Shown piece by piece: positions 12,755-23,110 of a stretch of DNA of 64,000 nt. Origin of the DNA: Diplonema japonicum (lineage: Eukaryota; Protista; Euglenozoa: Diplonemea). The notes under the pieces were generated by a model. That model was given only the letters and a program-made list of their open reading frames with translations. It had not been told where the DNA came from and did no database searches. Where the stretch lies: the NCBI GenBank assembly GCA_964019335.1, contig OZ025649.1, forward strand, positions 620,001-684,000, in the 5' to 3' direction. The position numbers and the translations under genes were made by a program. Every line of letters starts with the position of its first letter. Position 1 is the stretch's first letter.

Positions 12755-15217
12755 ATGGGGACCGCAGGACAGAAGAACAAGGCACACAAGCATGGGAAGC
12801 ATGCGTCGAAGAGTGAGAGAAAGGAGAGCAGCAAGGGGAGGGTGATGAAGCTGTCGGGGATCTCGAGGTCCGCACCGACGTCGGTGAAGGGGGGTTTGGA
12901 TGCTGGAGCGAAGATGAAGAGAATGCAGCAACAGCAGGCGAGGGTGAAGACCAAGAGAAGCGACAAAGTGAACATGATGAGGTTGGGGAGGAAGGGAGCA
13001 CCGAAGATAGTGACGTTCATACCTATTGGGGACACGACCGATCAGAAGGTGACGAGGACGCAGATCCAAACGGCATGCGACCCGCAGGCCACCGACATGG
13101 AGTCCATTGCGCACGTTAAGTCCGCAAAGCACCACCAGACCTTCAGCTTCCTGCACTCGACTGACAGCATGCAAGACCAGCTCGACCTCGCCAAGGTGTC
13201 CGACGTCATTGTCATCGTGTGCCGTGTCAACGCCGACGACGAAGTGGACCCCAACACAGTGGAGCCCGACCTCCCTGACGACAAGACCCTCCACACATGG
13301 TACTCCGACATCGGTCTTTGCATCGACGACACAGGCCGGCAAATCCTCAGCAGCATCAACTGCCAGGGTCTGCCTTCTGTCTGTGTCATTCTTCAGGGCT
13401 TGAACCTCGTCGCCAACGCCAAAAAGCGACGCCACCTTGAGCGCATCCACCTCCGATACTTCCAGTCCATCATGACCGCCGACGTCGTCCCTAAGGTCTT
13501 CTGTTCCGACACGCCTGAGAAAGCCGCCGTGGCACTGCGGTACATCTCCGAGCAGAAGCTTCGCTCGCTGAAGTGGAGGGACATCCGGCCCTACTTCCTT
13601 GTTGACCAATGCAGTTGGAAGGACGACGCGCCCCCCACAGCATCTGAGACGGACGGGAGCCCTGTGAAGGACCTGTGTGTGAGTGGCTACCTCAGGGGCA
13701 GGCCGCTGTCTCCCAACCAGCTGGTGCACCTCACGAATTACGGGACTTACCAGATCGAGGCGATCCTCGACAGGGACGGGAACGTGCTGAAGCAAAGTGA
13801 CGAGAACAGAGAGAGCTTGCAATACTGCCAGGTGCCTGACCCCATGGAGGGCGAGCAGACGTGGCCGACGGAGGAAGAGTTGAAGGAAGCGGAGAGGCAG
13901 ACGAAGAAAAAGAAGAAGCTGACCGAGAAAAAGATGAAAGTGAAGGTACCGACTGGTTTCTCGTCGTACCAAGCAGCATGGGTGGCAGACCCTGCAAGCT
14001 TCGAGGTGCTTGAGAGTGAAGACGAGGACGAAGAAGACACACCAATGGATGCCAAGTCAAGGGCTACGACGAAGTACTCGCGTGTGAGTTCAGCTGCACA
14101 GACCGACGTCGAGGAGGTGATGGGTGGTGATTGGCTTGCGAAGGACGAGGCCATGACCGACGAGGAGCGCGTGGCGGAGATGCAGCGTCTGCGGGACCTC
14201 TCAACGGACGACCGCGAATTCCCCGACGAGGTGGACACCCCCATGCACATCCCGTCACGCATTCGTTTCCAGAAGTACCGAGGACTGCAGTCCTTCCGTT
14301 CGTCGGAATGGGACCCCAACGAGTCACTGCCGCTCGACTACGCGAGGATCTTCAAGTTCCAGAACTTCAGAAGGACACAAAAAGTGTCGCTGAGCACAGC
14401 AGTCGACGGTGTTGACATTGACACGTACGTCACGGTGGTGTTGAAGGCGGTGCCTGTCGGGTTCGTGGAAGAATGGCAGAAGAGGATGGAAGCACCGTTG
14501 GTGCTGAGCGGGCTGTTGAAGCATGAACAGAAGTACTCTGTGGTGCATTACTTGATGCAGAGGAACAAGGAGTACAGCGAACCTATTAAGTCGAAGACGA
14601 GGCTTGTTATCCACATGGGGTTCAGAAAGGTTGTGGCAAACCCTACCTACTCCGATGTGTGCAAGGGGGACAGGACGAAGTTCGCGAGGTACTTCCATGC
14701 GGACGACCGGTTCATAATGATGTCGTTCTTTGCGCCGACGAGTTACATGCCAACACCGGCACTGTGCTTCCAGCCCATCACAAGGGCTGAGAAGGAAGGA
14801 GGCGCGGAAATGCCGTTTGTTTCATTCGGTGCTGCAGAGCTGCCAAACCCCGATTTGTTGGTCCTTAAGAAGGTCGTGCTTACTGGTCACGTCTACAAAA
14901 CCCACAAGAGACAGTGCATTGTGAGGTACATGTTCCACAACGATGAAGACGTTAAATGGTTCCAGCCTGTCGAGATCTACACCAAGCTCGGCTTCAGAGG
15001 TCGTATTCTTAAGTCCGTCGGTACCCATGGTCACATGAAGGCCACTTTCAGCGGAATTGTTCAGGGGCACGATGTTGTTTGCATGGACCTATGGAAGCGG
15101 GTGTTCCCCAAGTGGACTACCGCAGCCTTCTCCCACCTCGCCGCAGGAGCACAGGACGAGACTTCTGATGAAGACGAGGAAGAGGAATCTGAAGAGATGA
15201 TGGAACACGACGCGTGA
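12755..15217 (+). CDS. TSR1: Pre-rRNA processing protein TSR1 (BMS1/TSR1 family)
   Basis: Motifs 'KNKAHKHGKHASK', 'LDLAKVSD', 'VSGYLRG', 'EGEQTWPTEEE', 'FPDEVDTP', 'RFQKYRGLQSFRSSEWDP', 'VGTHGHMKATF' and 'WKRVFPKW'. ATG at 12755 follows a pyrimidine tract. Confidence 0.95.
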   Translation: MGTAGQKNKAHKHGKHASKSERKESSKGRVMKLSGISRSAPTSVKGGLDAGAKMKRMQQQQARVKTKRSDKVNMMRLGRKGAPKIVTFIPIGDTTDQKVTRTQIQTACDPQATDMESIAHVKSAKHHQTFSFLHSTDSMQDQLDLAKVSDVIVIVCRVNADDEVDPNTVEPDLPDDKTLHTWYSDIGLCIDDTGRQILSSINCQGLPSVCVILQGLNLVANAKKRRHLERIHLRYFQSIMTADVVPKVFCSDTPEKAAVALRYISEQKLRSLKWRDIRPYFLVDQCSWKDDAPPTASETDGSPVKDLCVSGYLRGRPLSPNQLVHLTNYGTYQIEAILDRDGNVLKQSDENRESLQYCQVPDPMEGEQTWPTEEELKEAERQTKKKKKLTEKKMKVKVPTGFSSYQAAWVADPASFEVLESEDEDEEDTPMDAKSRATTKYSRVSSAAQTDVEEVMGGDWLAKDEAMTDEERVAEMQRLRDLSTDDREFPDEVDTPMHIPSRIRFQKYRGLQSFRSSEWDPNESLPLDYARIFKFQNFRRTQKVSLSTAVDGVDIDTYVTVVLKAVPVGFVEEWQKRMEAPLVLSGLLKHEQKYSVVHYLMQRNKEYSEPIKSKTRLVIHMGFRKVVANPTYSDVCKGDRTKFARYFHADDRFIMMSFFAPTSYMPTPALCFQPITRAEKEGGAEMPFVSFGAAELPNPDLLVLKKVVLTGHVYKTHKRQCIVRYMFHNDEDVKWFQPVEIYTKLGFRGRILKSVGTHGHMKATFSGIVQGHDVVCMDLWKRVFPKWTTAAFSHLAAGAQDETSDEDEEEESEEMMEHDA

Positions 15218-15527
15218 CCTTTGATCAACCCCCCCTTTTTTTTTCGAAAAAAGAATATATCAGACCCCCCCCTTTTTTTTTAAACACCTCCACATACGCT
15301 TTTTTTTGTTTCGGTTTTTTTTTTTTTTTTTTCGCTTTTCCCCCTCCCCTTTTCTCTTCCCCCCTTTTTTTTCTCTTCTTCTTTTTTTCATTTTTTTCTT
15401 CTCCACCATCAAAAAAAAAGACTCCCCTTCTCCCTGTTTTTTTTTTTTATCATTATTTATTTATTATTTTTTTTTTGATCACTCATCCAATTTTCACAAA
15501 AGGCCCGGGGGACCAAATGCACAAAAG

Positions 15528-16580
15528 ATGTTTATTCCCCGAAAGCAGTCCAAACAAACCATCTATAAGATCCGGCAGGTTGTGACCAGCTTTGCAGTAT
15601 GCGCCGTCATCCTACTGTGGGTAGTGCTCATGGCCGCGGGAAACGGATGGGAAATAGTAGAGGTTAACGAAGTCCTGGCAGAGAACATCACAAAATGGAA
15701 AGCAGATATCACCCCAGACTGTTTCGGGGACTGGTACGTCCGAGAAGAGGTTGCCTATTCAGTTCGGGGAGGAACAATGGTGATCGGAGGGAACAGGTAT
15801 TTAAGCTTACTGGCCACAAACATAACGTTCACTGGATCGGCTCTGCCCGAGCTTCACTGGATGACTGTTGGTCTGCCCACAGGTGAGACCCTGATAGCAT
15901 GGGCGGGTATACGGATACCTGGCCCAACGACACTGACTTTCATTATAACATATAATATACCTTTCGATAAGCATCCTCTTCTCAAAGGGCAGGACCCCAC
16001 CACGCTCCCTCTTCAGACGAAATCTGGGTTCGAAGCGTTCACCTTGTACATACCTCGTGTTGTGCCTCGTTCTGTGCAGTTTGAGGTTAGAGTTCGTATC
16101 GACGAGATTTTTAGTGGTTTTTACAACCTAACAGGCTCACCTCAAAGTGATAAGCTGGGTTCTGTTGTGTTCGAAGGCGCTGGCGGAGGTGCTCAGCTTG
16201 CCACAGCCGTTCAGGCTCCGGTTGGTTCGTTTCCTTGCAGAGCCGCGGAGTGGAAGGATGTCGTGAACTTCACGGAAACCGTGACGCAGCGTCCCGACAC
16301 GCTCGACGTGCGGACCAAAACAAAAGGCGACGTTCTCGTCACGTCTGTGTTCTGGATCTTCGTCATCTTCTTTTCCGCTACCTGCATCGCCCTTATGGTG
16401 CTGAGCTGCAGGTACCGCTCTGATCTTGGCCTCACACGTGGCATCGCTGAGGAGATGGCACGCCAGACCCGTGCTGTCATCCTTATCCAAGCGTACTTCC
16501 GCGGGTGGAAAATACGACGGCAGTTGCGTAAGGAAAACAAGCTCCAGCAGCATCGCACCAGCACCACTTTGTTGGGGTAG
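15528..16580 (+). CDS. Two-TM membrane protein with a DUF2207-like ectodomain and a C-terminal IQ calmodulin-binding motif
   Basis: Hydrophobic segments 'VVTSFAVCAVILLWVVLMAA' and 'VLVTSVFWIFVIFFSATCIALMVL'; IQ motif 'ILIQAYFRGWKIRRQL'. The upstream part of the ORF is a T-rich spacer, so I chose ATG 15528. Confidence 0.75.
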   Translation: MFIPRKQSKQTIYKIRQVVTSFAVCAVILLWVVLMAAGNGWEIVEVNEVLAENITKWKADITPDCFGDWYVREEVAYSVRGGTMVIGGNRYLSLLATNITFTGSALPELHWMTVGLPTGETLIAWAGIRIPGPTTLTFIITYNIPFDKHPLLKGQDPTTLPLQTKSGFEAFTLYIPRVVPRSVQFEVRVRIDEIFSGFYNLTGSPQSDKLGSVVFEGAGGGAQLATAVQAPVGSFPCRAAEWKDVVNFTETVTQRPDTLDVRTKTKGDVLVTSVFWIFVIFFSATCIALMVLSCRYRSDLGLTRGIAEEMARQTRAVILIQAYFRGWKIRRQLRKENKLQQHRTSTTLLG

Positions 16581-16646
16581 GTTTTTATAAAAGTTAGATT
16601 TCTTTTAACGGTTTATTGTAGTTCCTGCCTTGCACTCACCACAGAG

Positions 16647-17969
16647 ATGATATCGAGGAACCGCCACCATGACGAGTCGCCGCGCCGTGCGGCAGGTAAC
16701 GTGGAGAAGATTTCCCTGAACCGCCACCGTGATGAGTCCCCGTGTCGTGAGCCAGGCAGGGCTGCAGCGCAGTACGGAGTCGACTTCCGTGGTGTGTCGC
16801 CTGTGCGGTCGGGTGGCATGGTGTCACCACCCGTAAGACGCCCTCCTGTCGCCGATGCAGGCGGATGGGTCATTGGTAGGATTGGTCTTCCTGGTGGCTT
16901 CAGAGAGAGCAGGTCTGTGTCCCCGCTTATAGACATGGAGCGGGAGAAGGAGCTAGAGATGGAGCGGCAGCTTGCAAGAGAACGCGAAAGGGAAAGGCAG
17001 AGGGAAAAGCAGAAGCTAAAGGAAGAAGTCGCTAATGAAGGAAAAGACAAGGGAACACCTGTTTTGACCAGGAAGCAGTCAGTGAAACTCGCCGACACAT
17101 GGCGCAACAGCATGCCAATGTCAAACACCTCTAGCGCGGGTATCTGTGCTTTATGGGATGCTAGTGGTGCGGAAAAGCTCGGTCCTCTTTACGACTTGCT
17201 GAAAGAGGAAGGTCTCGCAAATGAGGAAACAGCAGCTGGGGCCAGACAGCGCGCTGACATGCTAGAGGCAAAACTCGAGGAGTCTGAGGCAATGATAGAG
17301 ATGCTGAGACAGGGCCTCCTACGGTGCGAAAAGATTGCCAGACCACACACTATCAACGCTGAGTACAAGGACGAGTGGGACGAGGACCCTGAGACATGGG
17401 GCACGTTGCCAGATTACGACCGAACCTCAGAAGAAGTGGTGACTGACGCAACTGACACAGTAAGAGACGCGTGCAAGAGGCTGCGTGATAGGACGGACCA
17501 GGCGCTGAACGAGTTGTGTGAGAATTCACAAGAGATCCTTGTCTTGCAAAAAGCGCTGAAGGAAAGCGCTGCGAGGATACGTGAGCTGGAAGACGAAAAC
17601 AGCCAGCTGCAAGCGAAGGTTTCGGAGCTTTCACTGCAGCTCTTGGAGCTCCAAAAGATACAGCCCAGCATCAACGCCCTTCGCGATGCCAACGCAGCCC
17701 TCACAAAGGAGTTGGAGATGACACGCAACCAGCTTGCCAAAGCGAACTTCGATCACGATCAGCTCAGGATCGAGGTCTGCCGCCTCATCAAACGCAACCG
17801 CGCTGCCAACAAGCGGAGCAAAGATGACTACCTCCCAACTTACCGTGAAGAATCGAAGATAGAAGTAGGTGGCCCCGCATGGATCCCTACAGGTGCGCCA
17901 TACAGGCACACTCTGGACGATGAAGCAACCCTTATGAAGAAGCATGAGCCTTGGCCTGTTTCCAGTTAA
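16647..17969 (+). CDS. Hypothetical coiled-coil protein
   Basis: 440-aa ATG ORF with E/K/R/L heptad-rich segments and an N-terminal duplicated 'ISxNRHxDESP'. Confidence 0.8.
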   Translation: MISRNRHHDESPRRAAGNVEKISLNRHRDESPCREPGRAAAQYGVDFRGVSPVRSGGMVSPPVRRPPVADAGGWVIGRIGLPGGFRESRSVSPLIDMEREKELEMERQLARERERERQREKQKLKEEVANEGKDKGTPVLTRKQSVKLADTWRNSMPMSNTSSAGICALWDASGAEKLGPLYDLLKEEGLANEETAAGARQRADMLEAKLEESEAMIEMLRQGLLRCEKIARPHTINAEYKDEWDEDPETWGTLPDYDRTSEEVVTDATDTVRDACKRLRDRTDQALNELCENSQEILVLQKALKESAARIRELEDENSQLQAKVSELSLQLLELQKIQPSINALRDANAALTKELEMTRNQLAKANFDHDQLRIEVCRLIKRNRAANKRSKDDYLPTYREESKIEVGGPAWIPTGAPYRHTLDDEATLMKKHEPWPVSS

Positions 17970-18064
17970 TGTTACTGTTTAATTACTAACCTGTATTGTA
18001 CACTTGTATTGATTAATCTAAAGTACTTGTTCCCGTTAGCACCGTTCACAGATTATCCAACAAA

Positions 18065-19294
18065 ATGATGCTTACCACGCTTCTTGGTGCTGCAGTGCTT
18101 TCGTACAACAATGGGGCACCTGACTCGAGGCTGCCGCCGCTTGGGTGGAGCAGCTGGGTGGCGCTGGGCCCCGGGACGGCGCACCCTGTGTTCGACTACT
18201 GCGACGAGCAGCAGGTGAAGAACACAGTGGACGCGTTCATCGCGCTGGGGCTGAAGGACGCGGGCTACAGGCACATCCACCTGGACGACTGCTGGGCACA
18301 CGCGAGGAACGCAAGCGGTTACCTGTACCCCGACCCCGACCACTTCCCGAATGGGATGAAGCCCCTCGCAGACTACGTGCACAGCAAGGGGTTGGTGTTC
18401 GGGCTGTACACATGTGCGGGGACGGAGACTTGCGTCGGGGGCAGACCTGGGTCGAAGGACCACTGGGAGCAAGACGCGGCGGTGTTCGCGGAGTGGGGAG
18501 TGGACTGGGTGAAGATGGACTGGTGCAACACGCAGGGGATGACGCCGAAGGACACGTACCCCAAGATGTCCGCAGCGATGAACAAAACGGGGCGCGCCAT
18601 GCACTTCAACATGTGCGAGTGGGGGAAGGACGCACCGTGGACGTGGGGCCCTGCAGTGGCGCAGTCGTGGCGCATGGCGGGAGACCACACGGGAGTCTGG
18701 TCGTCGACGAAGCTCGTGATTCAGGAGTCGGCGGCGATCCCTGCTGCGAGCACAGGGAGACCGTACGCGTGGAACGACATGGACATGCTGGAGACGGGGA
18801 ACTACGGGCAGGCGGCGCACGCGAACGGGAGGGAGTCGAACATGACAGCGGTGGAGTACAAGACGGAGTTCTCGATGTGGGCGATCAACGCGTCGCCTCT
18901 CGTTGTGACGACCCCGCTCATGAACTGCTCGATGGGGACGTGCGTCCCGACGATGACAGCCCTGCAGAAGGAGATCCTGCTGAACACGGAGATCCTTGCG
19001 ATCAACCAGGACGTGACCCCCCAGGGGCGCCCTCTCAACGGCTTCCCCTCCGACTACCCCTCCCTCTGGGCACGCGCCCTTTCTGACGGCTCCTTTGCTG
19101 TAGCCTTCTACAACCAGAACGACGTCCCCGTCACAGGCTCTCTGAACCTCACCTCCCTCGGTTGGCCTGCCACCACCTCTGTCCTCCCCCGCGACCTCTG
19201 GGCTCACAAGAACCTCCCCGTCGCCACTGGCACTGTCGGCCCCTTTACCGTCCAGCCCCACGCCACCATCGTCCTCAGACTGACTAAGCAGTAG
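18065..19294 (+). CDS. Secreted glycoside hydrolase family 27 (alpha-galactosidase / alpha-N-acetylgalactosaminidase type)
   Basis: Signal peptide, 'PPLGWSSW', 'HIHLDDCW', 'FPNGMKPLADYVHSKGL.FGLY', nucleophile motif 'DWVKMDWC', 'SWRMAGD', 'WNDMDML', and a C-terminal beta-domain 'RDLW...VQPHAT'. Confidence 0.95.
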   Translation: MMLTTLLGAAVLSYNNGAPDSRLPPLGWSSWVALGPGTAHPVFDYCDEQQVKNTVDAFIALGLKDAGYRHIHLDDCWAHARNASGYLYPDPDHFPNGMKPLADYVHSKGLVFGLYTCAGTETCVGGRPGSKDHWEQDAAVFAEWGVDWVKMDWCNTQGMTPKDTYPKMSAAMNKTGRAMHFNMCEWGKDAPWTWGPAVAQSWRMAGDHTGVWSSTKLVIQESAAIPAASTGRPYAWNDMDMLETGNYGQAAHANGRESNMTAVEYKTEFSMWAINASPLVVTTPLMNCSMGTCVPTMTALQKEILLNTEILAINQDVTPQGRPLNGFPSDYPSLWARALSDGSFAVAFYNQNDVPVTGSLNLTSLGWPATTSVLPRDLWAHKNLPVATGTVGPFTVQPHATIVLRLTKQ

Positions 19295-19609
19295 AAGAGA
19301 ACTGTATTTTTAAAACGTATCCCGTGCTTATCTGCCATGACTGCTTGAACCTTTGCATCAAGTTCAGCATCAGGTGGGCTATATATATTTCCTTGTCCTT
19401 TACATCTTTTTGACACAAGTGCGTGTTTGACCCTTTGCGCAAGCACGCCATTCTGTTTTTTTTTTATTTATTCTCCGTTCCTCTTGCAGATGACTTGTGG
19501 CCCACAAAGCAAGTGCAGCGAGAAGGCTGCCATACAGTCACCTCGATCGCTTTTTTCATTTTGTTCCTGTTTTTATTGCAACCTATCGACGCACTGCAGG
19601 GTTGGTGAG

Positions 19610-21440
19610 ATGTCGGGTGTGCCAGCAGGGGTGGCTGCTGCGCTGGATGCCGGAAGGGTCAGGGGGTCATACCCCTATGCACCTGTGAAGCCAGCTGGCG
19701 TAAGTGGTATAGGCGGCAGCGATCAGTATGTAACAGTTCCAGCGAGCGTTTTGTATGCTGGGCTGGAGGGCAGGGCGAAGAGCATGCCTGTGGATGGCAG
19801 GGAATATGAAAGAGCTCTGGTACCTTTAAGAAATCCTTCAGATGCACTTGGCCTGGCGAGAGACCTGCTGAAGTACCACCGAGCCTATGGCCTCACAGAC
19901 ACGAGAGACCAGCAGACCGCATACGATGCACATGTTGCAGCGCAGTCTGTCCTTGGAGAGTGGCGGCGGAGCGGCAAGACCACCCTTCACTTGTACGGAA
20001 CGGGCCCAGAGCCATACTCCCCTAATGCAAGGATAGCTCAGCGGACGGAGATCCCGCCCCTCCCCCCGAGGGACCACTGGATGGCACTTCAGAAGGAGAT
20101 GCGCGACCTGCAAGACTCGCTCGTGCACGTCGACGCGTTGGTGCCGCCAATGCGAAAGCCGTCCATGCGGCAGGGCACGTGGTCCAAAAGGACGCCCTCC
20201 GAACAGGTATGTTGCCACCATGAAGCGCACCACACTTCATAGTCGGAACCTGCGATGCTCCCCCCGAGGCCGAGCGTTCCCCTTGATGCGGACGGGGACC
20301 CCATCCAGTCGGAGAAGATATACTATGTAGCGGACAAGATGTTGAAGTGCGGGAAGTGCAAAGTTAAAATCCTTCCCACCAGCAACTACTGCCACCACTG
20401 CGCGACACGGGTAAAGGTGTCGTGTGCTGCATGCGGGGAGGAGACAAGGTGCCCTGCTGCGGCGTGTGCCCACTGTGGGCAGATGCTGCCAAAAGAGGTA
20501 TTCAGCGTCAACCCGAACTTTATCTTTTAATCAGAAGCAACGCGGCCGTGCCAGCATCGCCTCCCCAGCGACCTCGTCCATCTATAACCCTCCTGCAAGT
20601 GAACTGCGTGTGCCTGATGCTATGACCGTGGACCTTGAGATGGATAAGAATGAACCAGAGACGATACCCGACCCCAGCAGCCCAGCGTGGTATGACGGTC
20701 CCCCAGTGAAGATGGACACGGAGAACGAGAAAGAGAGAGAGAGAGAGAAAGAAAAAGAGGCAAAAAAGAACAAAGAAGATGAAGAGGAGGCAAGATTTAA
20801 AGAAATACTAGAAGAAGAAGAGCAACAGGAAAAGGGAAAGAAAGAAGACAAGCCGATAGAAAAAGAAGTGCAAGAGAACGAGAAGGAGAACGTGAAAGAG
20901 GAAGAGACAGAGAAGGAAAAGGAGAAAAAGAAAGAGGAAGACAAAGAAGAAGTGTTAAACGCAGCCCTAGAAGAAAAGGAAGATGAATTGTCAATTGAAG
21001 AAGAAAAGAAAGATAAAAAGGGAAAGAAGAAGAAAGAGAAGAAAAGCAAGGAAGACGCAGGTGAGGATAAGAAGGAACCTGAAGACGATGAAGAGTCGAA
21101 AGAAGAGAAAAAAGACAAGAAGGGCAAGAACAAAGACAAAGACGCAGATGACGATAAGAAAGAAAAGGAAGAGCCGAAAGAAGAAAAGAAAGACAAGAAG
21201 GGCAAAAAGGGCAAGAACAAAGACAAAGACAAAGAACTTGAAGATGATGAAGAGCCGAAAGAGGAAAAAAAAGACAAGAAAGACAAAAAGGTCAAGAACA
21301 AAGACAAAGGCGATGTCCTGAGAGATGACAAAATCGAGGACCCGCACTCGGCCAAAACCGTGTCCAAAGGCTCCCCTGCGTCAAAGAAGAACACTGCAGT
21401 GGATCTGGACAACCAAGTAGCTTCTATTGATGACTTGTAA
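19610..21440 (+). CDS. Double zinc-ribbon protein with a long K/E/D-rich C-terminus. Exons 19610-20206, 20243-20497, 20535-21440
   Basis: Three consecutive ORFs join in frame through introns 20207-20242 (36 nt) and 20498-20534 (37 nt). Four CxxC pairs (CGKC..CHHC..CAAC..CAHC). The tail carries 'KEEKKDKKGKNKDKD' repeats. Confidence 0.75.
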
Positions 21441-21660
21441 GGGAAATAAAAGAAAGAAAATAGTAATTTTGATACCTCCATGCATAGTGCGGCATAAGCC
21501 ACACACCGACTTACTTTCACCAATCAGGGTATGTTTATTAGTTCTTCCCTTATCTTATCCCCCCTCCGGGCCCGAAGGGCCCTCAATCTGATCTTTGTCT
21601 CAAGATTTACTATTTCTAACTGCCTAAGTTTCCCCACCCCCTCTTTTTTTTTTTTGGCTC

Positions 21661-22870
21661 CCCTACATAGGGTGGAACTGGACGCAGCTGCTAGACTGTA
21701 GGAACAAACCCTGGGCCGAGCGCGGGCACGCCTTTAGGGACGCGGTGAGGAAAGCCCGGAGCAGGTCACTGGCGAACGAAAGAAGCACAGTGAAGGGGAT
21801 GGAGGCGGGAGCGGATCCCAAAACCAACCAACTGTGGAAGACAGCCAAGGACCCACTCATGTCCTACTGCCTGAGACGGGTGATCGCCGGAGGGGTCCCC
21901 TACCTTAGCCCGCATGCAGGTACGAGTCAAAGGAGCGTCCCCCTGGCACCAGAAGGAGATGGCACCGAGGAAGACGGGGACAGCATAGACCACGTCCCAA
22001 CGACGGAAGTACCACGCACACAAGGGTTCAGGTGTGACCTGTGTGAGTCACCACACCCGGACACGGTAACCTTACTACGCCATCAGCTTTACGAGTGTGC
22101 CTGCGCACGGGACGAGCTGGCACAGGACGGTTTGGAACCGCTGCGCGACAGGACGGGATGGCCCCTGTGTCTTGAGCTACACGCAATACTGCCGAGAGGA
22201 CATGCCTTTGCATACCTGGAAAAACTGCAACGATACTTGGCCGTGGTGGTTGAGAAGCGGGACGTGGAGCTCGTGCAGAAGGAGGACGTCAACACACAGC
22301 CGCTACCGTGGGAACGAAATGTAGTAGGAAAGAGATGCCCCGTTCCGATAGCAGGCGAGCTCGAGGGAGTGGGTGGGGTCCTGTCCCAGTACCTGAACCC
22401 GCTGCTACAATGGTTGTCACAGCTGCGCTGGGTGGAGAAGGACACCGCCTCGGAGGTGTCGGCGGTGGAGCTAGCCATTGACTTCGAATGGACGACCGGT
22501 AAATCATTAGGAGGCCTGCTGGAAGATAGGGCACGCAGAATCAAGGCCCTAATCGTAAAGATAAACGCAGCGTGCAGGGCACGGAAGAAGCGACGCCCCT
22601 TCCCAGCGGATGAGCAGAAAAGGGTGAAATCCCTCATCGCCATAGGAGGAAAGGCAGCTATAGGCTTCTCCAGGAGGCCCATTTTTGCTACCCAGTCCAC
22701 GCACGACAAGCTGATGGATTTGAAGGCCGCCTACAAGCGGGATCGCATCACACGACTCCGCAAGACGCTCACAGCCACAATCGGGATGAAAGCAATGCTC
22801 CAGAAGGGGAGTATTAACAGATAGACCCCCCCCTCCCATAGGGCGGCCCTCTAGCGGGGGGCTTGTCCTG
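21661..22870 (+). mobile_element. 5'-truncated non-LTR retrotransposon copy 1 (post-RT region, zinc knuckle, C-terminal domain)
   Basis: Frame is open from about 21661 to 22824. It aligns by eye to the RT element at 36633-38702: KGMEAGAD/KGIETGVD, CDLC..HQLYEC/CLGC..HTIWHC, WPLC..HAI/WPIC..HGI, WLSQLRW..VSAVELAID/WLKALKW..VSKAELAVD, GFSRRPIFA/GYSTRPIFA. Confidence 0.82.
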
Positions 22871-23110
22871 TACTTTGAGTTTTTTTTTTCTTTCTCCTTT
22901 TTGTTGTTTTTTTTTTGTTGTAGTTGTTTTGATATTTGTTCGTGTCTATAAGCTCCTCCCCCCCGCCCTTTTACAGTCCCTTTTTCTTGTCTTGTATTTT
23001 GTTGTCGCATTTCATGCCCACCAAACGACGGGGGGAAAAAATAATACAATACAAATAAAAAAGACTCTCCATATAGGTGTGCCTGGGGTGGCGGCGCACC
23101 ATTCAAAAAG

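Noticed and set aside
20582-21523. 313-aa F/S/L-rich minus-strand ORF resembling a membrane protein
   Set aside because: Reverse complement of the K/E/D-rich tail.
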